Positions 1-8,850 of a stretch of 64,000 bases of DNA are shown piece by piece. The first letter of the stretch is position 1, and each line of letters opens with the position of its first letter. The DNA lies in the IMG/VR virus record IMGVR_UViG_2695420938_000010, positions 1,970 to 65,969 of that record; one strand, 5' to 3'. The DNA is from a virus. The translations under genes and the position numbers were made by a program. The notes beneath the pieces were generated by a model. That model saw only the letters and a list, made by a program, of their open reading frames with translations, was not told the origin of the DNA and did no database searches.

Positions 1-468
1 TGGGGCGAGGAACTGGCCATTCAGCGCTGCACGGTTCACAAGCACCGCAACCTGCTTGGCCACGCGCCCAAGCGCCTGCATGACGAGCTGAGCGAAGATT
101 ACCGCGACATGATCTACGCCGACAGCGCCGCCGAGATCGAGACGCGCCGCAAGGCCTTCCTCCGCAAATGGAAGCTGAAGTGCCGGGCCGTGGCCGACAG
201 CCTTGAAGAAGCGGGCGACCGGCTCTTCAGCTTCACCCGCCTCGACCCGTCGCAATGGAAGTCGGCAAGGACCACCAATGCCATCGAGCGTCTGAACGAG
301 GAGTTCCGCCGCCGCATCAAGACCCAGACCGTGCTGCCCTGCGCCGAAACCGTGCCGATGCTGCTCTGGGCGCTGCTGGCTTCCGGTCAGATCCAGATGC
401 GAAAGGTCGATGGCTGGGAAACTCTGTCCCAGCCTCTCGAGCCAATGTCCCTTGACCTCGCGGCCTGA
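1..468 (+). CDS. IS256-family transposase, 3' part (5' end outside window)
   Basis: Frame +1 is open from base 1: WGEELAIQRCTVHKHRNLL...SLEEAGDRLFSF...RTTNAIERLNEEFRRR. QRCxxH and TTNxIERLNxE are IS256/mutator motifs. Confidence 0.93.
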   Translation, partial: WGEELAIQRCTVHKHRNLLGHAPKRLHDELSEDYRDMIYADSAAEIETRRKAFLRKWKLKCRAVADSLEEAGDRLFSFTRLDPSQWKSARTTNAIERLNEEFRRRIKTQTVLPCAETVPMLLWALLASGQIQMRKVDGWETLSQPLEPMSLDLAA

Positions 469-534
469 CTGGAGCCATCGTTACATGCCCGGAGCCCGCT
501 GCTCGGCAATTTCCACCACATTCGCGACACGACC
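1..534 (+). mobile_element. IS256-family insertion sequence, right end (putative terminal inverted repeat ~508-534)
   Basis: The transposase stop at 468 is followed by ...aatttccaccacattcgcgacacgacc, which ends in CC as expected for an IS256 right end. The left IR is outside the window, so the exact end is inferred. Confidence 0.7.
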
Positions 535-663
535 CCCGATCCACTACCTTTGAAACTCAATGAGTCCAGACCCTAGGGTACGAGCGGCAGGATGGCGGAT
601 CGGGTCTCGGCTAAGGCGAACCCCTGGTCGGATCGGGGGGGCTTCGACATCTCCCACCGCCGC

Positions 664-1740
664 TCACCCCACCTTCACGCCCCAGAAGGACGTATGGTCG
701 GCGGCGAAATATCCATCTGCCGCCCGAAAGGTGCCCTGCAGCTCAACAGTGTCGCCTTGGGCGAGTGACGCCATGGTCTGCAGCCAGAGCGCCGTCGCCT
801 CGGAGGTGTGCGCCCCGGATATCTCGCCGAACGATCCTCGGATCTCGGTCGAGCCGTTCAGCACGAGTCGTCCGCGCATCCGCGCCGTGGTGCTGGAATT
901 GACCTTGTAGAGCAGCGTGGCGCCGAAGAGGTAGGTGCCGGCAACCGGTGCGACGAAGCGATTGTTGCCGGCATCGAATGCGCCCTGATCGTTATAGTCG
1001 GTGTTGTTGATGCCGATCTTCGTCCAGGTGTCGACAGCGACATAATTGTCGTAGTTCGTATACGCCTTGAAGCGCGGCAGCCGAGGCTGATCGACGATCC
1101 CGCTCGTGTTGTCGACAATGAAACCGTCGAAGAAGGTGCTGCCATCGGTCGAGACAGCGAGGCGAAAGCCGTCTGAGCCAAAAAGACCGAGTAGCGCCTT
1201 GGTCGTGAAACCTGTCTGCAGCGAGAGGCCGAGGTCGTCACCGGCCGCCTCCTTGTTCATCGTGTAGAACAGATTGCCGGTGCCGCCCTCGGCCTTGGGT
1301 CTAGCCGTCCAAAGCGCGGCGTTCAGCTTGGCCGAGAACGGGTTCGACGCATCCGCGGTCGTGCCGAGCCCCAGCAGCGCCATGTTCTGCAGCGCGTCCG
1401 GGGTCGTGCCGACCCAACCGGCGCCATCGTGGACAAGCAACAAACCTTCGTCCTCGACCCAAGCCCGCCAGCCGATCCGCGGCGGAAGCCGCAGCCACGC
1501 GCCGTCCGTCCAGAGCGCGACGTTCAGGTCCCAGCCGGCCCAGTCGCCACTCGCACCCGAGGCGACGATGTAGCGGTCGCCGTCGGCGGGGCTTGCGGGC
1601 GGCGTGGCCAGGTCGCGGTCGAGGACGGAGAGCTGCACGAGCCCGTCGAGGATCCGCAGCGCCTCGTTGTGGGTGACGTGCTTCTGGGCCTGCGCCGCCA
1701 GGATGTAGGGCAGCAGGAGATGGGTCGTGGCGTCGGACAT
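664..1740 (-). CDS. DUF2793-family tail fibre / receptor-binding protein with C-terminal C1q-like domain
   Basis: N-terminus LLLPYILAAQAQKHVTHNEAL...GDRYIV...W is the DUF2793 signature. C-terminus FKAY...NDQGAFDAGNNRFVAPVAGTYLFGA follows the C1q pattern. Last gene of the tail operon. Confidence 0.85.
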   Translation of the reverse strand: MSDATTHLLLPYILAAQAQKHVTHNEALRILDGLVQLSVLDRDLATPPASPADGDRYIVASGASGDWAGWDLNVALWTDGAWLRLPPRIGWRAWVEDEGLLLVHDGAGWVGTTPDALQNMALLGLGTTADASNPFSAKLNAALWTARPKAEGGTGNLFYTMNKEAAGDDLGLSLQTGFTTKALLGLFGSDGFRLAVSTDGSTFFDGFIVDNTSGIVDQPRLPRFKAYTNYDNYVAVDTWTKIGINNTDYNDQGAFDAGNNRFVAPVAGTYLFGATLLYKVNSSTTARMRGRLVLNGSTEIRGSFGEISGAHTSEATALWLQTMASLAQGDTVELQGTFRAADGYFAADHTSFWGVKVG

Positions 1741-1747
1741 GGGGTCC

Positions 1748-4700
1748 TCACAAGGTCAGTGTGACGGTCTTGGGCGCGCCCCGCCCGACGAGGGCGGAGA
1801 GCTGGTAGATGCGGATGTCGAGGCTATCGCCGGGGCCGAGCGGCGCGCCCCAGTCGGCGGTCTGCTGTGCGGCGGTGTAGACCACGCTGGTGGTTGCGGT
1901 GCTCAGCACCCGCTTTACGGTCGTGCCGTCGAGGATCTCGACCTCGTAGGCTTCCATTTCCTCGGCCAGCGGCACCTCGAGCCCGCCCCAGCTGTCGGCC
2001 GCGAGTGCGCGGGATCGGCGCGTCCAGCGAATGGTGAGGTCGCCGGGACTGCGCGCCTTGCGCCACGGCTGCTCGACATGGACGACCGAAAACGGCCGCA
2101 GCCCGACGCCCTCGGGCGTAAAGGCCTGCGCGACATAGGTCTCGTCGCTGACGGGGCGGCTCGCCGGGCCGATGCGCCAGTTCCACGGGATGCCGAGATC
2201 AGCCTCGGCGATGGGCAGCGATGCGAGGCTGTCGTCGAGCACCATGACCCGCGCGCCGGCGGGCGCCGGATTGCCCATTGCACCCTCGGTGCCGCGCTGG
2301 CCGCGGAGGAGCCGGGTGAGACGATACCGGCCGGGAGCGATCAGTTCGGCCGCGCCTGCCTGCACGATCTCCCAGACTCCGGGCGCGCTCTCGATGGCCA
2401 GCGCGTTGGCGCCGCCGAACAGGGTCAAGTCGGTGACACTTTCGAGCGTGCCGGTCAGCAAGTCGACCACCAGCGCATTGCCGAGATCGAAGCGCGACGT
2501 CGGCCCGGCGTAGAAGTCCGAGATCAGCGTGCCGATCCGGGCGCGCGCGCCGAACGTGGTCAGCAGCTCGAAGCCATCGGTCGAGGGGCTGCGGAACACC
2601 GCCATCTCACCCGGCCAGGGAACCGCGTGCGCGGCGACCAGCGGTCGATGCGCGGGCTGGTCCTCAGTCAGCTGCGGCAGGTCCATCAGCACCGCATCCG
2701 GCGCGCCGAACACCACGGCGCGCGTCAGCGACGCCGCGCGGGGATCGCCGGGCGGCAGATCGTAGGTCGCCCGGTCCTGGCGCACCGCTTCGACGCCACG
2801 CGCCTCGGCGTCGGCGATGGAGACGAGCCGCAGATCGATCAGCCTCCCGTCATGCGCGAGCCGGATCGCATCGGCCGGGTCAAGCGCGAGGCGCGAGGGC
2901 GGCAGACGAAACGCCGCGGTCTCGCGCCCCACCCACGCCTCCATCAGGGCGCGGCGGCAGCGGCGTTCGGCCTCCTCGGGCGGCACGGCCATCGGGAAGG
3001 ACTCGGACGCGATGCGCGTCGTGTCCACCGTGATGCGCCGGGCCTCGACGAGGGCCGCGTCGTAATCCTCATCGGCCCGCGCGATCTGCCACTTCAGCGC
3101 CTGCGGCAGTTCGGTTTCCTGGCCGCGCGTCAGCTCCAGCACGTCGCCTTCGCGAGCGGCCACGAGATCGTCGGGCGCGAGGGTCGCGACGGAGGCCCGG
3201 CCGCGCATGACGAAACGGATCACCCCCTCGGTCTCGACCGCGTCGAAGCCGAAATGCCGCGACAGCGTGGTGATCGAGGCGCGCGGGCTTTCCAGCGCCG
3301 TGATGGCGTAGCCCTCGACCGCTCCCCAGAGGCCCGTGACGTCGATGCGACCCTCGGGCAACCCGGCGCGCAGGCAGAGGTGCCGGACTAGCGCGACCAG
3401 CGACACCGACCCGAGGCGGCCGGTCAGCCAATGGCCGAGGCGCCAGTTGGGGCCATCGGTCCAGACATCGGTCAGTTCGGGGAAAAACGGATACGGCCGC
3501 GCGTCCCAGGTCCAGGCGGCGCATTCAGGGACGTGCACCATCCGACCGCCGTAGACCGACGAAACCGGGTTGTTCGCCGCATCGCCCCAGAACAGGTAGG
3601 TCGCCTCGAGATAGGCGCGCTGGATGGCGTCGTCCCGCCAGCCCCGCGAGAAATACGGCGTGAAGCTTTCGGAGGACTTCGGATCGAAGAACACGTTCGG
3701 CTGGTTGGTGCCCCGGTCGATGGCGGGGCAGCCGAGTTCGGTGAACCGGATCGGCTTCGACTGCGGGACCCATGCCGTCGGCGTCGCGCTCTCCACCCCG
3801 CCCGGGCGGTCGTAATGCTGGTTCGACCACCAGGCGCGCAGATCCTTGTAGCGGAAGACCCACGGCTTTCCCGCTGCACCATCGGTGATCGGCGTTCGCA
3901 CCTGAGCCGACCGATCGGCGGCGCTGGCGTAGAACCAGTCGAAGCCTTCGCCACCCGCGATGTTCGCCTGCAGATACGCCCGATCGTAGATCGCGGGCCA
4001 GCTATCGGCGGCGTCGAGATGGTCGAACCCGTCCCGCCAGTCCGACAGCGGCATGTAGTTGTCGATCCCGACAAAATCGATCTCCGGATCGGCCCAGAGC
4101 GGATCGAGGTGAAAGAACACGTCGCCGCTGCCATCGCTCGGCTGGTGCCCGAAATATTCCGACCAGTCGGCAGCGTAGCCAATCTTCGTTCCAGTGCCCA
4201 GAATGGACCGGACATCAGCTGCCAGATCCCGATAGGCCTGCACGGCCGGATAGGTGGATACGCCCGAGCGGATGGTGGTGAGCCCCGGCATTTCCGAGCC
4301 GATCAGGAAGGCGTCCACACCGCCTGCGGCGGCGCAGAGATGGGCATAGTGCAGCACCATCCGCCGCAGGCCCCAATCGCCCGATGGGCCGGTCCAGACG
4401 ACCGATTGGCCCGAGACGCTGAAATTCGCTGGCGTCGCCGTACCGAAAAGCGCCGAAACCTGTGCCGCGCCGGCGGCGGTCTTGTCGACCGATCCCACAT
4501 AACCCGCTGCGGGGGAACAGGTGATCCGCCCCCGCCAGGGGAATGCGGGCTGGCCGGTCTCGGCAGCATTGTCGGAATACGGGTTCGGCAGCGCGTTGCC
4601 GGGCGGCACGTCCATCAGGATGAACGGATAGAAAGTCACGCGAAGCCCGCGCGCCTTCATCTCCTGGATCGCCTGCACCACCGCGAAGTCGGACGGCGTC

Positions 4701-5713
4701 CCACCATAGACCGGGCGGTCCTCGTCGTCGCGGCTGACGAGGAAGGCATTGGCGCGGCTGACGCCATTGACCGACCAGCTGGTGGGCGTGGTCGACTTGG
4801 CGGACACCTCGACGCCGGGCCGCACCTTGCAGGATCCCGCACGCAGATCGTCGCCGAACCAGGCCACGACGAGGCTGACGCTTGTCACAGCCGGGGCCAT
4901 CGCCTGCAGCCGGTCCAGCGCCTCGACCATGTCGGTGGAGTCGGCCAGCGCATTCAGGTTCTCGGGCACCGTCGCGCCGCCATCGGTCTTGCGGATCGCC
5001 TGCGTCGCATAGGTGAACTCGCCCGAGGCCGGGATCATGGTGACAGCGCGGGTCAGCCCCTCGGCGGTGTCGGGGTCAGCCAGCGGCCGGAACACCTCGA
5101 AGGACAGCTGCGGCAGGCGGTTGCCATAGGTCGAGAGCGCCAGTTCCTCGAAGACCACATAGGCGGTGCCGCGATATGCGGGCGTGCTGGCCGCGCCCAT
5201 CCTGGCCGCGATGAACGGGTCCGCCGTCTGCGCCTCGTCGCCGGGATACCAGCGCCAGGTGACCCCGGAGAGGTCCATCGGCTTGCCGTCGGCCCAGATG
5301 CGGCCGATGCCGGTGATCGGGCCCTCGCACAAGGCCACGGCGAAACTGGCGTAGTAGAGATACTCGGTGGTCTTGACCTTGCCGCCCCCGCCACCCTTGC
5401 CGCCGCCCTGCGTGGTGGTCATCGTCTCCTCGCGGAAATCGGTCGCCCAGATGATGTTGCCGCCCATCCGCATGCGCCCATAGAGCCGCGGGATGACCGC
5501 GCCCTCGGTGGCCGACGTGATGCGCAGCGTGTCGAGCCGCGCGCCCTCGATGCGCTGCGTCGGCGCCAGCGACGAGATGATCCAGCTGTCGACGACAGAG
5601 CCGATGGTGGAGCCGATGAAGCCGCCGATGGTCGCGGCGCTGACGCCGAGGATCGCACCGCCAATCGAACCGCCGATGGCGGCACCGGCAGCGCCGAGAA
5701 TGAGGGTGGCCAT
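1748..5713 (-). CDS. Baseplate / host-specificity protein, RcGTA g15-like (GTA TIM-barrel + phage tail domain)
   Basis: 1321 aa with MATLILGAAG start, RLYGRMRMGGNIIWA, IPASGEF, YAADWSEY, GIDNYMPLSDWRDG and KPIRFTELGCPAIDRGTNQPN. Confidence 0.93.
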   Translation of the reverse strand: MATLILGAAGAAIGGSIGGAILGVSAATIGGFIGSTIGSVVDSWIISSLAPTQRIEGARLDTLRITSATEGAVIPRLYGRMRMGGNIIWATDFREETMTTTQGGGKGGGGGKVKTTEYLYYASFAVALCEGPITGIGRIWADGKPMDLSGVTWRWYPGDEAQTADPFIAARMGAASTPAYRGTAYVVFEELALSTYGNRLPQLSFEVFRPLADPDTAEGLTRAVTMIPASGEFTYATQAIRKTDGGATVPENLNALADSTDMVEALDRLQAMAPAVTSVSLVVAWFGDDLRAGSCKVRPGVEVSAKSTTPTSWSVNGVSRANAFLVSRDDEDRPVYGGTPSDFAVVQAIQEMKARGLRVTFYPFILMDVPPGNALPNPYSDNAAETGQPAFPWRGRITCSPAAGYVGSVDKTAAGAAQVSALFGTATPANFSVSGQSVVWTGPSGDWGLRRMVLHYAHLCAAAGGVDAFLIGSEMPGLTTIRSGVSTYPAVQAYRDLAADVRSILGTGTKIGYAADWSEYFGHQPSDGSGDVFFHLDPLWADPEIDFVGIDNYMPLSDWRDGFDHLDAADSWPAIYDRAYLQANIAGGEGFDWFYASAADRSAQVRTPITDGAAGKPWVFRYKDLRAWWSNQHYDRPGGVESATPTAWVPQSKPIRFTELGCPAIDRGTNQPNVFFDPKSSESFTPYFSRGWRDDAIQRAYLEATYLFWGDAANNPVSSVYGGRMVHVPECAAWTWDARPYPFFPELTDVWTDGPNWRLGHWLTGRLGSVSLVALVRHLCLRAGLPEGRIDVTGLWGAVEGYAITALESPRASITTLSRHFGFDAVETEGVIRFVMRGRASVATLAPDDLVAAREGDVLELTRGQETELPQALKWQIARADEDYDAALVEARRITVDTTRIASESFPMAVPPEEAERRCRRALMEAWVGRETAAFRLPPSRLALDPADAIRLAHDGRLIDLRLVSIADAEARGVEAVRQDRATYDLPPGDPRAASLTRAVVFGAPDAVLMDLPQLTEDQPAHRPLVAAHAVPWPGEMAVFRSPSTDGFELLTTFGARARIGTLISDFYAGPTSRFDLGNALVVDLLTGTLESVTDLTLFGGANALAIESAPGVWEIVQAGAAELIAPGRYRLTRLLRGQRGTEGAMGNPAPAGARVMVLDDSLASLPIAEADLGIPWNWRIGPASRPVSDETYVAQAFTPEGVGLRPFSVVHVEQPWRKARSPGDLTIRWTRRSRALAADSWGGLEVPLAEEMEAYEVEILDGTTVKRVLSTATTSVVYTAAQQTADWGAPLGPGDSLDIRIYQLSALVGRGAPKTVTLTL

Positions 5714-5722
5714 GTCGGGGTC

Positions 5723-6157
5723 TCAGCGTTGCGGGAACAGGAAGGCGAAGGCGATGCGCCGCCGCCAGGCTTGGGTGAGCGGTTCCTCGATCACGCCGAG
5801 CCGCTCATAGGCGTGGAGGAAGCTGTCGGGGCCGGTCAGGATCCCGACATGCTTTGCGATGGCGCGCGGCTTCATCCGGAAGAGGACGAGCGCGCCGGGC
5901 CCGGCCTTGGCAGGCGGCACCTCGATCATCATCCGGCGTGCGCCCTCGGCCAGCACCTCGCGCGGGCCGGTCTCGCCCCAGTCGCGACTGTAGGCCGGGA
6001 TCGGGAACGGCTCGGGGCCGACGACCTCGCGCCAGACGCCGCGGGCGAGCCCGAGGCAATCGCAGCCCACCCCCTTGAGGCTCGCCTGATCGTGGTAGGG
6101 CGTTCCCAGCCACGCGCGCGCCGCCACGATCACCCTGCCATTATCGGCCGGCGTCAC
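5723..6157 (-). CDS. NlpC/P60 phage cell-wall peptidase (RcGTA g14-like)
   Basis: WLGTPYHDQASLKGVGCDCLGLARGVW with catalytic Cys, and KHVGI His motif. Confidence 0.93.
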   Translation of the reverse strand: MTPADNGRVIVAARAWLGTPYHDQASLKGVGCDCLGLARGVWREVVGPEPFPIPAYSRDWGETGPREVLAEGARRMMIEVPPAKAGPGALVLFRMKPRAIAKHVGILTGPDSFLHAYERLGVIEEPLTQAWRRRIAFAFLFPQR

Positions 6158-7038
6158 AGCACGCCCCCATCATGCCCGCCATCCTTGGTGGCGTAGCGCA
6201 GGATCGTGTCCTGGCCCGGGATGTGCGGGAAGCCGCGGAAGTTGGCCGTGTTGGCGAACTTCGCCCCGCAGGTCTCCATGCGCTTGTCGCAGCCCGCGCG
6301 GATGATGAAGGCGTCGCTTTCGGCGATAGACCGCACCGGCGCTTCGAGCAGGGTCAGCACGGCGATGCCGTCCGTGACGTCATGGCCCAACACCTCGGCT
6401 TTGCGCCCCGCATTCGCGCCGCTGGTCCATTCGACCGTCCCGAAGGTGAACCAGCCGGAGGCGAACCCGCCAAGCCCGGAGGCGGTGAAGGCCCGGTCGC
6501 GCAGGAGATCGATGACGGCGCCCGTGCCCTTGAAGGCCGGGTCCTCGAGATCGACGCCGCAGCGCGCATCCCCAAGCGCGGCGTCGCAGGTCGCCTGAAA
6601 CGTCCGCCCGACCGTCTGGCCGAGGATATGAGCGAGCGAGCGGACCTCGGCGACGAAGGCAAGCCGCCCGCGCCGGATCTGTCCGATGGCGCCGCGCCGC
6701 ATCAGCACGCGATGGCTGGTGTCCGCCCAGTTCACGCGCCAGACCTCCACCTCCGCGTTGTCCCAGCGGCCATCGAGGATGTCGGTCTCGGTAATCCGGT
6801 CGGAGGTCAGCACGCCCTCGGCATCCTGAGCATCGACCGAGAGGTCCGAGCCGGAACGGACCTCGGACGCCGTGAGCCCGCTCTCGGGCTCGAACTCCGT
6901 GCCGTCGAAGCTCAGCGTCCTGTCGTGGTCGGTGAAGCCGAGGGTGACGCCGTCGGCGCGACTGATCCGCCAGCACCAGGCGAGCGTGGTCGTGCCCTCG
7001 TCGAGATGGGCCTGCAGGGCGGGAGCGAGGGTCTTCAT
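6154..7038 (-). CDS. DUF2163 / BR0599-family baseplate hub protein (RcGTA g13-like)
   Basis: LGFTDHDRTLSFDG, CDAALGDARCGVD and GCDKRMETCGAKFANTANFRGFPHIPG. Confidence 0.93.
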   Translation of the reverse strand: MKTLAPALQAHLDEGTTTLAWCWRISRADGVTLGFTDHDRTLSFDGTEFEPESGLTASEVRSGSDLSVDAQDAEGVLTSDRITETDILDGRWDNAEVEVWRVNWADTSHRVLMRRGAIGQIRRGRLAFVAEVRSLAHILGQTVGRTFQATCDAALGDARCGVDLEDPAFKGTGAVIDLLRDRAFTASGLGGFASGWFTFGTVEWTSGANAGRKAEVLGHDVTDGIAVLTLLEAPVRSIAESDAFIIRAGCDKRMETCGAKFANTANFRGFPHIPGQDTILRYATKDGGHDGGVL

Positions 7039-7235
7039 CGGCAGGTTCCCGTCATGCGGTCGTCAAGATCGGCGATCCAGTCCGCCCAGTGCGGCGGCAC
7101 GGCTGCGACAGTCTCGGCGGGCGGCCGGGCGAGCCGCGCCTCGGCATAGGAGGCGCAGCCGGCGTCACCAGCGCCCATCGTTGCGGCGCAGCCGGTCAGC
7201 AGGATTCCCGGCACCGCGGCCATCGCGAACCGCAT
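7035..7235 (-). CDS. Putative o-spanin (Rz1-like lipoprotein), 66 aa
   Basis: MRFAMAAVPGILLTG-C lipobox, Pro-rich mature part, overlaps the 3' end of the upstream TM protein, and lies downstream of the endolysin. Confidence 0.7.
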   Translation of the reverse strand: MRFAMAAVPGILLTGCAATMGAGDAGCASYAEARLARPPAETVAAVPPHWADWIADLDDRMTGTCR

Positions 7236-7398
7236 CCCGCCCGCGCTCGATACGCTTGTTCTTGTCTTCCATCGCATCGCGTTCCGCCTCCCGTTTGCCC
7301 ATGCGTTCACCTTCCGCACGCCCCCAGACCCGTCCGAGGACGACGCCGCCGACCGCGCCCAGAGCTGCGACCAGCCAGATCAGGAGATCAGCCATCAT
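7165..7398 (-). CDS. Putative i-spanin (Rz-like), 77 aa
   Basis: N-terminal TM segment LLIWLVAALGAVGGVVLG followed by a charged helical region; overlapped by the lipoprotein gene. Confidence 0.65.
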   Translation of the reverse strand: MMADLLIWLVAALGAVGGVVLGRVWGRAEGERMGKREAERDAMEDKNKRIERGRDAVRDGRGAGNPADRLRRNDGRW

Positions 7399-7489
7399 CC
7401 CGCTCCCCGCGCGCGGCGGCGACGCAGAGGGCTGCGACGAAGACGCCGAGGCAGCCGCCCACGACCAGACCTGCGAGGAACTCAAGCAT
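7388..7489 (-). CDS. 33-aa single-TM protein (below the ORF-track cut-off)
   Basis: Translated by hand: MLEFLAGLVVGGCLGVFVAALCVAAARGERDDG*. Its start and stop overlap both neighbours. Confidence 0.65.
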   Translation of the reverse strand: MLEFLAGLVVGGCLGVFVAALCVAAARGERDDG

Positions 7490-7712
7490 CGCCGCGGAAC
7501 CCGCGCTCGATCCGGTCGCGCAGGCCAATGAGGCCGAGACCGAGGAACATCAGCCCGGCCGGCGAGGCATCGCCCGAGCCGGCGAGCAGCGCGACGAGCC
7601 GGGACACTTCCCCGAGCGGCCCGGTGGCGGGCAGCGCGAGGGAGGCGATGCCGGTGAGCATGGCGAGCAGGCCCGCCCACCACGTCATGGAGTTGGGTCG
7701 AACGTAGCGCAT
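7482..7712 (-). CDS. Holin-like two-TM membrane protein
   Basis: Two hydrophobic segments and a basic C-terminus; directly downstream of the lysozyme. Confidence 0.6.
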   Translation of the reverse strand: MRYVRPNSMTWWAGLLAMLTGIASLALPATGPLGEVSRLVALLAGSGDASPAGLMFLGLGLIGLRDRIERGFRGDA

Positions 7713-7717
7713 GGGGA

Positions 7718-8374
7718 TCAGGCCCTCCGGATCAGGGTGGAGAAGACGGCGGCCAGCCGGGCGAGCCAGCCGGTCGGCGCATTTGGTGCAGGCTCGAGGA
7801 CCGGCGGCGACGGCGACGGCCCGCGAGCCAAGGCCAGAGCCTCATCCTCGGTCAGGCGACGGATCGGCCGCGAGAACTCCACCCGGCCCATGCGATCCAC
7901 GGACCAGACCGGGATGGTTCCGCCGGGATAGCGGCCATGGCGGAACAGGTCGCGCTCGGCCTCCCGGCGCGGAATGATCGAGGCCGGTCGCCGCCAGTTC
8001 AGAAACGCGTCGGCGGCTGCATCGCGATTGCCGGCGTTGAGGTGCCGGGTCAGCGCAGCCTTGGCGATGCCGCCGGTGTTGTAGTGAAAGCTGACCAGCG
8101 CATCGAACTCGTGCGGTGCAAGCGGCACCTTCACGGCGCGCAGGACGGCGGCCTCGTAACGCGCGAGGTCGGCCCGGAAGACCCGGAACGCCTCCCGGAT
8201 CCCGGCGTCGAGATCGGCGGGCATGCCGCGCGGCATGGTGGCGGGATCGGGCGGCCCGGCCGCGGCCGTGTGGCCGATGCCGAAGGTCCAGACCTGTTTC
8301 ACATCGAGATAGGGCCCGGGCACGAGTCCTTCGTGCCGGACGAGGGCCAGCAGGCCCCGGTCGGTCATGTGCAT
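7718..8374 (-). CDS. Endolysin, GH24 (phage lysozyme) family
   Basis: RHEGLVPGPYLDVKQVWTFGIGHT carries the E-x8-D-x5-T triad; also QHEFDALVSF-like HEFDALVSFHYNTG and RREAERDLF. Confidence 0.92.
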   Translation of the reverse strand: MHMTDRGLLALVRHEGLVPGPYLDVKQVWTFGIGHTAAAGPPDPATMPRGMPADLDAGIREAFRVFRADLARYEAAVLRAVKVPLAPHEFDALVSFHYNTGGIAKAALTRHLNAGNRDAAADAFLNWRRPASIIPRREAERDLFRHGRYPGGTIPVWSVDRMGRVEFSRPIRRLTEDEALALARGPSPSPPVLEPAPNAPTGWLARLAAVFSTLIRRA

Positions 8375-8378
8375 GGGA

Positions 8379-8510
8379 TTACCGGAGAAGAGAGAGGACG
8401 AGGATCAGCGCCGCGACGGCGAGGCCGATGCGCAGGCGGTGGGTGAAGGCGTCGCGCGGGTCGTCGGTCAGCCGGCGAAGGCCACGCAGAACACGGACGA
8501 GCTCAGTCAT
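8379..8510 (-). CDS. 43-aa protein with C-terminal TM helix
   Basis: Translated by hand: MTELVRVLRGLRRLTDDPRDAFTHRLRIGLAVAALILVLSLLR*. It fills the gap between neighbours with overlap. Confidence 0.6.
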   Translation of the reverse strand: MTELVRVLRGLRRLTDDPRDAFTHRLRIGLAVAALILVLSLLR

Positions 8511-8850
8511 CGCCGCCCTCCCGCGCATCGCGCAGACGGGCGAGCACCAGCTCGATCACCGCCGGGCCGAAGACGCCGACCAGGTAGGCGGCCGACCCCG
8601 CGGCACCGCCCGCCGGGATCGCTTGCGGCGGCAGGCCGAGCCACGAGGTGATGACAGCCATCGAGAGGCTGCCCATCCCGGCCGCGATCAGCCCGCCCAA
8701 AAGGATGTGACGCAGCGCATCGCGCAGGCGCATCTTCGTGGTCAGCGCGTTCGTCGCCCCGCCAAGCGCGCCCCAGGCCGCGAGGATCACGGCCGTCGAG
8801 GTGGCAAGCTCGCGCAGCACGGCATCGAGGAAGCTGCCAGTGTCGTTCAT
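8503..8850 (-). CDS. Holin-like multi-TM membrane protein (115 aa)
   Basis: MNDTGSFL start overlaps the DUF2460 stop; about three hydrophobic segments; first gene of the lysis cassette. Confidence 0.6.
   Translation of the reverse strand: MNDTGSFLDAVLRELATSTAVILAAWGALGGATNALTTKMRLRDALRHILLGGLIAAGMGSLSMAVITSWLGLPPQAIPAGGAAGSAAYLVGVFGPAVIELVLARLRDAREGGDD

Noticed and set aside
664-1740. Diversity-generating retroelement or invertible tail-fibre cassette
   Set aside because: No reverse transcriptase, no template-repeat copy of the fibre 3' end and no invertase in the window.
1727-6196. Long plus-strand ORFs 1727-3391 and 3431-6196 (likewise 9700-11976, 16025-18172, 17787-19805, 19639-22056, 24625-26655)
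   Set aside because: Antisense shadows of well-supported minus-strand phage genes, expected at high GC; no motifs or RBS.
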